NCBI GenBank assembly: GCA_965235115.1
Contig: OZ249440.1
Coordinates: 18,352,001 to 18,416,000, forward strand
Length of the DNA stretch: 64,000 nucleotides
Origin: Laetmonice hystrix
Taxonomy: Eukaryota
Direction of reading: 5' to 3'
A model generated the notes under the pieces. It had not been told where the DNA came from, did no database searches, and was given only the letters and a program-made list of their open reading frames with translations. This document shows positions 33,401-43,500 of this stretch, piece after piece. The translations under genes and the position numbers were made by a program. Every line of letters begins with the position of its first letter. The first letter of the stretch is position 1.

Positions 33401-36351
33401 GAATACCAAAAACTTTACACGACACAGAAATGTATTATTCCAGAGAAATCAATTTAACACTTGCTTTGTCACTGGATTTGGTGGTTTTGTGACATAGTTA
33501 ATATTGCTATATAGGGAAAACCTGGAGAAGCTACGAGCAGCAATTAAGGAAGGGAAATCCAACAAAGTGACAAGAAAGAATGATGCATTACTCAGTGCTG
33601 AGGAGAGGCTGCTCACGCTGAACTATGACCTCAAACGAGCAGAAGCAGAGGTAATCCTTGTATATATATTACTTAGTACTGACTCTCATTACTATCAACT
33701 AATCAAGTAATCATGATCATAATGATTATGTTTTGATCTAGTTGTTTCAATAATTGTATTTTCGTGACTGTATGGGCCCATGCACTGTATCTCTGAAGCT
33801 ATGACACTATTCTAAATTAGGCAGGCAGCTGGCCTGGGGTAAGTAAAGCTGGCCAGGTTGATTAAATAGTTTATTTTTACTGTTTTAGTTATTTTGTAAG
33901 ATTCAGCTATTCTTTGTGTTGATGAATGAGTGAATTTTCAGTGGGACAATATCATCTAGTTGTCTTCTCACTAATCTCAACAGTCAAGTGTTGACCAGGC
34001 CTTGGACTTAAATGCAGAGAACTATTGTTAGAATTTGATATTGTATTCAACTGAATATTTATTCTACAGAATGACAGAGCAAATTCTGAGAGTCGACTAA
34101 TGGAGGACTACAGGGACCTCGTAAAGAAAGGACGTGAACAATTCCGGAAAGAGTTGGAAAGCATCAAACCCGATGTACGGATTGGACGCAGAGTGGGTGA
34201 GTGGAAGTCATACAGCTCACCAGCCACAGTGTGTTTTATTGGATGACCACAAAACGTTATCCGGATATCGTCTGTAAGTCTATAACATAGAAACCAAAGA
34301 AACAATGTCAGAAATGGATTTTTGCAGTGACAGCTTGGCTTGCAAAGCCACATTACAGTACCCATAGGATCAGCATAACTTTTGGTGTGTTGATGCACAT
34401 CAAAGTTGAATGCTTACCTTTTTCTACAAAAGACCTGTTCAGTTTTTGACTAAAAAGATGCTTTGTACCGTAGGTAGGGCCTCAACCAAAATGTACAGGC
34501 CTTTCCCTAGATTTCATGCACCTTATTTTCACCTTATTACAGCTGCCACAGTGCTGAATGAGTTGGTAAATGTATTACAGGTGGTCGTATGACTGAGGAA
34601 GAACTGAACTCGCTGATCGCTCATGCCCACCGACGTATTGAACAACTCCAGTGCCAGGTTGCTGAGCAACAAGCTTTGGAAGGTGAGAGAACAATGGCTG
34701 CTCTGGAACGTCAGAAAGATGCTGACCAGGCCGAGGCATGCAAACGTGTCGCACGGGAAGTGGAGAGACTCCGAGGAGAGTTTGAACTGGAGAAAAGAAG
34801 AATGGTGAGTTGTGAAGAACTAAATGTTGTCCAGAGGATGTGTTTTTAGAGGTTTTATTGGTACTAATTCAATACTTAAATTAAAATCCAACTTTTTATG
34901 TTTTCTTCTTTAAGCTGTGGATTACATGTGTATTGCCCTAGTAATAGAGAATATTTCAAGAAGAGTCCATTTTGTTGAGGCAGTCTGAATGTAAAAACCA
35001 AAGCCATTGTTCCTGTTTGTACTTGACAGGAAAATGCTGCCAGTGTGACGTGTGAGAAGGAGATCCGTACCCAGCTGACACGTCAAGCCGGCGCCCACTC
35101 CGACCATCTCACACAGGTCCTTGAGGTGCAGAAAGACACACTCCACCGGAAATACGAACAGCTCATCCATGACCGTGTGATCAGTGAGCGTGATGGCATG
35201 AGGCAGGAGATTGCTGGCTGGGTGACACGACTTAAGGGTATAGAGGCAGCTATTGAAGGTCTGTTGATGTTGGTTTGATAAACACTAGGTTTAGGTCAGG
35301 GCCCGGTTTCTCGAAAATACATAAGTCTGAGTTTCACTCAAATTTACTCAACTCAGGAATGGTGCCAAAATGGAATGAAATGGACGATTCACATTGGCTA
35401 AAAACGTTCTTTGGAACATCTCACTCTGAGACAAGTAGATTTGAGTGAAACTCGGGCTTATAAAGTTAAGTATTTTCGAGAAACCGGGCCTAGGTTTGCT
35501 GATAGTAGGCTCATGACAATATTTGGTACTCTTCAGTTGTGCTAGAAATTTGAGAAATATGTACGTAATGCAATCGCATTCCTGGGCGACCTGAAAAACT
35601 AGAACTAGGATTTTGTTTTTCCAAAAAAAATGTGAAAGTTTACTCGGGATATACCTTTCAAAGATTAAGTGCTCCTAGTAAGGAGCTATGATGGTGTGAG
35701 AAAGTCTAACGTTGGTAACTGTTAAATGTTTCAGGTCGTGCTGAGATGGAGAAGTTAGGTAGGAAGGCCCAGGAGTTGTGGCTGGCATGTCAGACTCTGG
35801 CCAATGTCATTGAGAATGGAAAGGAAGGGGCAGTGACCTGGGACGAAGCGTTGAAACCACTCGCCAGTGAACTTGATGCTGTTCGGGAAGCTGGTAATGA
35901 ACATCCGTTCGTCAGTGCTGTCCTCAAGGCTGTCCCTGACGAGGCCCTCACCCGTGGGGTGTGGACGCAAGACTCACTAATCCAACGTTTCGACAAAGTT
36001 CGGCGGATGTGTCGCCGAGTGGCCATGATTGATGAAACAAACACTTCGTTGTTCCGATACTTCCTGTCGTCAGTACAATCTTTCCTGATTGTCAAACACA
36101 GAGCGCTTGCAGACAGTGAGGATGTTGACTCAAGTCAGCTGACCACGTTTATGTTGGTGGATAACGCGGCTCATTGCTTGGAGCGGGGAGACCTCGAGCA
36201 AGCAGTGCGGTACATGAATCAGTTAACTGGCGAAGCACGCCGCATTGCCTCTGATTGGCTGACTGAGGCACGTCTGTTACTTGAAACAAAGCAAGCTGCA
36301 ACTGCTCTGTTAGCACATGCCTCGGCATCAGGACTCGGCTCTCTCTTCTAG
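30414..36351 (+). CDS. IMMT: MICOS complex subunit MIC60 (mitofilin), 12 exons, 754 aa
   Basis: Exons 30414-30440, 30802-30965, 31764-31976, 32268-32376, 32580-32772, 32881-33008, 33199-33296, 33515-33650, 34070-34196, 34581-34804, 35030-35258, 35735-36351; all phases join (2,265 nt). TM segment GVIGAGGVVGYAWYDPSFR, ELNSLIAHAHRRIEQL, coiled coils and mitofilin domain ERGDLEQAVRYMNQLTGEARRIASDWLTEARLLLETKQA. Confidence 0.97.
35300..35490. mobile_element. 191-bp MITE (PIF/Harbinger-like) in IMMT intron 11
   Basis: Perfect 21-bp TIR GGCCCGGTTTCTCGAAAATAC / GTATTTTCGAGAAACCGGGCC plus internal inverted gagtttcactcaaat; flanks CAG / TAG (3 bp, one mismatch). Confidence 0.8.
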
Positions 36352-36958
36352 ACTGCACTTTCAAATTGACGGGTGTTGGAATGAAGTAAATTCAGAAGGC
36401 AGAAATGAAATCTGGATTCCTCCTTTTTGGGGGTGGGGCTCGGGAAAACTTTATTGAATGCAGGCAGGAAGTAACATTTCACCAACATTGACGTAAAGCA
36501 ACATGTAGTTTCCCCTTATTTGAAATATTCTCAGCAGACAGAAGTCCTATCGAATCACTATATAACAGTTAGGTTTACAAATGTATAGGCTTTGGCACAG
36601 GTTTCATGCTTTAATCATGATTTAATGGATTTCAGTCCCCAAGGTGCTTCTGGGTAGAATCTAACATACACATTTGTTCAATACAAGTTGGTGACGCTTT
36701 AAAAAAATGTAGGGCCACTTGCATGGCACATGTTAATCTAGTTGGTGCTTGTGTGTGTGTTGAGCAACTGGTCACCGCAGTCGGTGATGTAGCCCATCAC
36801 GCACCATAGAAAAGGTTTTAACTGACAGAGACAAGTTTTCATACTATTTTCTCTCTAGGGGCCACTACCTTCTGTCTAGAAAATGGTCACCTGTACTTAT
36901 CAGTTGTCTACATTTGTATCATGGTTCCAAACTTGTACAATAAGTTGAATAACGCTGA

Positions 36959-36964
36959 AATAAA
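36959..36964 (+). terminator. Candidate poly(A) signal of IMMT
   Basis: AATAAA ~600 nt after the stop codon. Confidence 0.45.
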
Positions 36965-38214
36965 ATCATGTCAAAAAAGTTCTTAAATGCCTTAAACAAG
37001 TCCATCGAACGGAAGTAACTATAAATGATAAAAGCAGTTTGCGCAGTAAGTTTATTCGATAGTGACAATACAAGTTTTCATTTTCATGAAAAATTAATGT
37101 AGGTAATGAAGTGGTACTAAACCGTTTTGACATAGTGAGAGCTATGGTAGAAAGGCGACACGTTACGTTAGGTGATAAGGCCAGCAGTGCAGTGACCGTG
37201 TAGGAGGGCCCGATTATTTCTCTTTTTGCACTTCAATTTCTTTGAAACGGTCATTCTCTGTGCAGTACAAATTGAAGCACAGTTTTTATCATAACGATCA
37301 AACATGCTAGATCATCCTATTGTATACAGGCCTTGTCCTTTGAAAAGTCCAGGCGAGCAAGTACATATATACTCGGCTAAACATCAATTAGAACCTCTAG
37401 GCGAGCAGTTTTAATACTTGCCGATAAGTCCATCAATAAGGTTCATTGTAAGCTTATTGACTCTGACCTACCTCCGTACGCGGTACGAATGAGTTCCCGA
37501 TTATACCCAGTCTCGGTAACGCCAGACTCCCGGAGAGAGGGTCTGGATTATACCACGAGGCGCACAAGGCAAGAACCAGCCGGTAGGGGGACCTAGCACG
37601 GGCCTCGAGAGAAGGGGATCGCTCCGGAGACCGAGGATGTTGGCCTCGGCAGTTTTTTTGCGCGCCTCAAAAGCAAGCCCTGTGTATAAAATGCGCCCTT
37701 TGTTCCCCATGTTTAAGTGCATACATTTAGTTCCATAGAAAGCAACGAAATGAGGCCTGTAATGGCAGGCGGGTGAAAACCTGGGACCTCTCACTGGCCA
37801 AATCCTCCCTCATTATAATATACTATTATTAATGTATTAATAACAGTCCACTTTCCCCCCAAATAAAACCCCTTTCTTGGGCACATGCCTGAGTTATTAA
37901 TATTAATTGTGCTATTAAAGTACAGGTAAGGTGCCACTTGAACAACATCAATTAAAAGTTGGAAGTGTTAATTCATACAGAAGCGTTCAATCCCATGGTC
38001 GACGGCGATCTTGTGTCATCTGAAATGAAGCAGGATATAGAGTGTATTAACAACGTCAACGTGTAGGTATCTGTGGCTCTGTTTTCTTCAATGTAATCTT
38101 GATATATATAGAGCTTCTGAGTCTATGTTTACCTTCGTAATGTTTTACCCACCTGATATCATTTCTTCTAAAATAGGTGCCTTCCATTAAAATATTTGAC
38201 ATTTTGATCTGATC

Positions 38215-39186
38215 CTATTCTGCGAGGTCACGATCCCCATGGAGATCACGGAATTTATGAGCTTCGCGTTTTTCTTCCAGGTCACGATCCCCATGGAGAT
38301 CACGGAATTTATGAGCTTCGCGTTTTTCTTCCAGGTCACGATCCCCATGGAGATCACGGAATTTGTGAGCTTCACGTTTTTCTTGCAAGTCACGGTCACC
38401 ATGGAGATCACGGAACCTGTGCGCTTCACGTTTTTCTTGCAGGTCACTGTCACCATGGAGATCACGGAATTGATTAGCTTCACGCTTTTCTCCCGCATCG
38501 CGGTCACCATGGAGGTCAAGAAGCCCGTGTGCTTCACGTTTTTCTTCCAGGTCATGGTCACCATGGAGATCACGGAACCTGTGCGCTTCACGTTTTTCTT
38601 CCAGGTCACGGTCACCGTGGAGATCACGGAACCTGTGCGCTTCACGTTTTTCTTCCAGGTCACGGTCACCATGGAGATCACGGAACCTGTGCGCTTCACG
38701 TTTTTCTTCCAGGTCACGGTCACCATGGAGATCACGGAACCTGTGCGCTTCACGTTTTTCTTCCAGGTCACGGTCACCATGGAGATCACGGAACCTGTGC
38801 GCTTCACGTTTTTCTTCCAGGTCACGGTCACCATGGGGATGGAGGAGCATGTGGGCTTCACGTTTTTCCTTCAAGTCACGGTCTCCATGGGGATGAAGGA
38901 GCCTATGCGCATCCCGTTTTTCTTCCAAGTCACGGCTTCCATGAAGGCCACCTACCCTAGGGTCTTCACGTTTTCCTTCAAGGTGATGACTGCCATGCTG
39001 TTCCCGGACTTTAATATGAACCCCACGTTTCCCCTCTCGTACCTCTCCCCGTGATTGTGGGTCTTCCAGCAGAGCCCTCAACTCGCCACGAGACTCATCA
39101 AATGCCTTTGCCTCGGCCTTCTTTGGATTCACAACCAATAGACCTACCAAGACCAAAATAGTCAGGTAGGGAGTTTTCGTCAACAT
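38215..39186 (-). CDS. Secreted multi-copy peptide precursor (323 aa): signal peptide + pro-region + 15 KR-flanked His-containing peptides
   Basis: From Met15 of ORF 38215-39228: MLTKTPYLTILVLVGLLVVNPKKAEA (hydrophobic core, A-x-A cleavage), then 54-nt coding repeats giving KR|EAHRFRDLHGDRDLEE-type units. The last unit ends with TAG exactly where KR would be. Acceptors (tgcctacag|, tgttgcag|) lie just upstream of the ATG. Confidence 0.85.
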   Translation of the reverse strand: MLTKTPYLTILVLVGLLVVNPKKAEAKAFDESRGELRALLEDPQSRGEVREGKRGVHIKVREQHGSHHLEGKREDPRVGGLHGSRDLEEKRDAHRLLHPHGDRDLKEKREAHMLLHPHGDRDLEEKREAHRFRDLHGDRDLEEKREAHRFRDLHGDRDLEEKREAHRFRDLHGDRDLEEKREAHRFRDLHGDRDLEEKREAHRFRDLHGDHDLEEKREAHGLLDLHGDRDAGEKREANQFRDLHGDSDLQEKREAHRFRDLHGDRDLQEKREAHKFRDLHGDRDLEEKREAHKFRDLHGDRDLEEKREAHKFRDLHGDRDLAE

Positions 39187-39508
39187 ATTGTGAACCTGTA
39201 GGCACCTTTTCAACCTGCAACATGACACACCTAGTTGTGAGTATTCAATGTATATAATATATTTCTCCTGCTTATATTATAAAGACAACTTTTCAATTTT
39301 TTCTACAATACACTTTCCGGGGCTTTACCCCCCCCCCCCCCCCACGGATCCGCCACTGCATTCTCTAGATCTACTTTATAGCTGTTGGGCAGTGCAGTTT
39401 ACTTTAATGATTATTATAATGAATGAGTAGAGAGGCCAGCCGGGTCCCCAGCTCTGTTAAATCGCCTACAGTTAATGCCAGAATTCAAGCTCGAACCGAG
39501 GGCCTTAC

Positions 39509-39609
39509 CTTACGTTTTTCGTAGAGATATCAGTGCCAGTCGGTCTGTGTTTGGAATGATGCAGCTATCTTCTGATTGCTGTTTCCAACTGAATCAGTCC
39601 TCTTATATA
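39509..39609 (-). promoter_or_regulatory. TATA box and probable non-coding first exon of the peptide-precursor gene
   Basis: TATATAA at 39609-39603 on the minus strand, followed ~95 nt later by donor CGTAAG|gtaagg at 39509. Confidence 0.6.
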
Positions 39610-40583
39610 AACCAACATACCATAATCAGAACCCGCAGCCTATTAGAGGTCTAGTCTAGTCGTGTTGGAGCTCACTTTGGCCGGGGCAGGTGCTTGTTTG
39701 CCTCGCCCATATTCTATATAGCAGGTATTCCACCTGCCCTGACCATGCAGGCCCACATGAAGGTTTATCGGAATTCCAAACATGTACAAATTAGATTTTG
39801 AAAAAAAAATTAATGACCACTTGAATCAGAATGTACTTATACCTTTACTTGGCTCAAAAATTTGATTGCGAGTTTTATACTTTGCCCCCCCCCCCCCCCC
39901 CCCAGCTCAAAGGCAGTAGAAGAGTGTTTTAATGAACACTTGTGAGTACCTACAGGCCCGTGGCTATAGCTTGTAACGCCCCAGAAACTTGTATTATAGG
40001 CCCTATAGGCCTAATATAGGCCCCCTAGGCCTAAGGACTGGGACAAAACCTGGGGTTTTGTTCCCAGATGCCAGGAAAACGCGTATTTGGCACGGTAATT
40101 TCCCTTTTTTTCTGCCCAATTAAGGCTTCGCGCCTTCGGTGGAGGTGGGTGCCCCATTCCCATTAAGAAATGTCTAGCTACAGGAACACACTTGAAATTT
40201 ACGACTTACTGTATTTCACACTTTAGGAGTAGAAAAAGAGTTATTTGAACCCTTATCAGTTTGATTGATCACGTGTTGACTCTAAGCTATACCTGCCCCT
40301 TTCTTTGACTACCCCGCGAGTCATATGCCTACCTGTGACAGCCGGTTAACTAATGCAACCGTTTATCTTTTTTTGGGAGGGGGTTTCCAAGCAACCCGGA
40401 ACCGCCCCCCCCCTGGCTACACCCTTGCCCCCTCTCCTACCCGCCACTGCGTTGAGATTCAGGAATCTTTGAAGACAGCGTAACCAGCCATGGATAGTAA
40501 AATCTGTCGAGGCCTCCAGCGGATAACGGCCTAGACACTGGTGCTTCCACCTGTCGATAACCGAACGTATTAACATAATAAAC

Positions 40584-43500
40584 ATGGCGGTCTCCAGATG
40601 GGCAGGCGAAACTGGCTTTGCCGAAGTAGCGGCATCTCGGAGAAACATGACACAATATTTGAGCAAAAACGGAACAGATGAAGAGACTTTTGCATTAGAC
40701 ATTCAACAGGTCTATAGTCTAAGATTTTATATGAAAGATATAAACACGTTGTCGAGATGAAGCTATCTTTCTTACATTATCGCTCAGCCAAGTGAAGTGG
40801 GCGTTTCCTACCTTTGACTTTGTTAATAAGTTTCCCACCAAGCCGAGGTCTGCCCATAGACGTAGACCTGACGAAACTGAGATATCTTTATATTCCTAGT
40901 TACTACATAAAACCACCGAATATGAGTGGCTAATGGTAATGGTCCTTGTGTAGGAGATTGACAAAACGGATTGCTCTTGGGTCAAAGTAAAGTTTGCTTG
41001 TGCCATCAACGTTCTGTAATTTTCTTTCAGGCATTGTGCTTGGAAACTGTTCAAGAAGGAATAAAGATTCACCTGGTGACACTCCTGCAAGAGTATGCTT
41101 CAGTGCTTCTACCAACAGGCTCAAGGTAAACATTAAGAGTCACGTGTTTGCGGGATACCGTATCCCCGTCTCAGAAGAAATTTACATTTACATTTTTAAG
41201 AGCTGGTTCACCTAGGTGTGCATGTTTGGTAAGACTGTGATACTGACATGATGTGAAACTACTGGCTAGCTGTATGTTGATGGAATGTTAAACCAAGTGA
41301 CAAATTGCTGCCTGGTTATTGTAGTGCTGAGCAAGCGGTGGGATCATTACTGGGTATCTTCCATCAGCCGGCCATCTCAGAGAGAGCATACATACTGAGG
41401 GGACAGATCCTAGTGGCCACAACCAGTATTGCTGTCCAATATGATTTCCAGGTGAGGGACTAGCAGGCCTACCTCTTATTATAAAATTTGAGCACTAAGT
41501 CACTGAGAAGGAATCGCATTTAAGCATTAGGAGCCTACTTTGTTATGTGTGTTTTTTTTTAATTCTTCACACACTTGTGATTTGTGATTTGAGTATACAT
41601 TTGACTTATCTTCTCAATTAGAAATTCTGGAAATCTGAAATTGTTTTCATGTCTGATTACAGAGGGATCATGCAAGTTTATTTGCCCAGTTGGTTGAGAC
41701 CCTACTGGAGGTTATCTGCCATACAGGAAAGGCTTCAAGCTCCCACCTCCGAAAGACTGCTTGCTGCTGCCTTCAGGAGCTGGAAATAAATTTACCAGTA
41801 TGTGGACCCTGTGGCCAGAAGAACATGATGAAATTGGAAGATCACTACTTCTTTTCAGTAGATGGCTTGGCAGTGAATGCCTTCAAAAAATTTAAAAAGT
41901 GCTGCATCTATTCATAATATTGTTGAAGAAATGCATGTAAAAATCTTTTTTTCGACCTCTTTTTTCTATTGTATTATTTTGGGTTATAAAACAGGGACTT
42001 GATTTTTTGGTCTAATTAACCTGATGATACTTTGTTTGCAGTGTATGTTGCGTTACAAGATGGAGTACATTTACCAGTTGGCTCAGATGGAGACAGGGAC
42101 TTGTGGTCAGGGTTACCTGCTTCTCTTGGTCACAACACTACGTCACACACTCCAGCACCTCCAGCTTCAACACAGGTAGAGACAGCAATCCTAGATACTA
42201 CATCATGTAACTGTGCCATATCTTAGCCATTCAAAAATAATCTTTAAATAACATTTTCAATGCAGATTTAATAATTATTTTATTTTCAGTCAATCACCTG
42301 GCTGCCTAACTGATCTACTGTCTAATAGAACCGAACCACTGAAGCCTTACCTGATTCCCACAGACATCTATGACTGCACCTTGATGAACATGGTAACAAT
42401 ATAACATTTTACTTGGTACCCAAAACAACACCCACATAGCAAGAGATTTTTCACCACCACTAAAGTTAATCATAGAGGTACCTGGTAATAACACTTCTAT
42501 AAAGTGAAAATAAAGTGTTGAGAAAATGTGTCATATAGATAGTACCTTTTAATGATACATAGGCATAGCTAATATACGATGAGAAAATATTGTCTTTGAA
42601 AGGAAGGTGGACAATATAGTGGTACTTTAATCACTGTAATATTATAAATATGGTATTGTCAGATTCAGGATGGAAGTAAGCTGGGGGTGGTAGATGTTCG
42701 TGAGTTACGTCGTCTGGTGGCGTACGTGATGGACCATATTCACCTACTGACGACACCAGCACAGGCTCACCTCCTGGCCATGCTCGCACATGTCATTGAT
42801 GCTGTCCCTGATATTTCACCATCTGTATGTTAAATCTGTATTTTTTCTCTGTTTAAATATTAATAGAACTTTATTTGCCATGGTGCATTGTTACATGTCA
42901 CGATGTGCATTCCCTTTAACAGGGACTGCGGAACAGTTTGAACAGTGGGGGGGGGGGGGGGGGGGCTGCAGTTTGGGATGGCCCGCAAATACAATTGGAG
43001 ATTTAAAAAAAAGGGCTTTCAGAAAAAAGTGGGAGCATGAAGCCCCTCCAGCCCCCCCCCCCCCACACTTCTGCGGTCCCTCCCTGTTTAATAGTTTAAT
43101 ACAAGTTTTCCATATTTTCTTTGTGTCAGGTTAAGGGAATTTAAGAAGTCGTTCATACTAAGGTGACCTTGAAAATTTTATTCTAGCAATTGGGATGATG
43201 AACACAGGTTTAGTGAATGCATATGTCACGGTAATATATTTTTGCAGATTTTTAAATGGGCCATAATGAGAAACACCCGTTCATACAACGTCCAGATGCT
43301 GAGTCTTATGTTTGTGTTGAAGGTCAGTGAAAACATATTTCATGTTAAAGATTTAAGGCACCACTGGGCTTTATTTCCAGAGAATAATGTTCAGAAAGTG
43401 TAGTATCCATATCAATATACATGTATGTTTGTTTTAAATGAAAACTCCAAGGTGACTGCATTTGTATTGAAGTGTTTCACGTTTCTCCTGTTCAGGACTT

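Noticed and set aside
38187-39054. 271-aa hydrophobic plus-strand ORF (MEITEPVRFTFFFQVTVT)n and other frames over the 54-bp repeat
   Set aside because: Antisense or alternative-frame shadows. The minus-strand KR frame alone has a signal peptide, a TATA/UTR exon and a stop in register with the processing sites.
39187-39228. Upstream Met of the 337-aa ORF (MSCCRLKRCLQVHN) as the start
   Set aside because: Splice acceptors lie within or after it, and the signal peptide begins properly at Met15 (39186).
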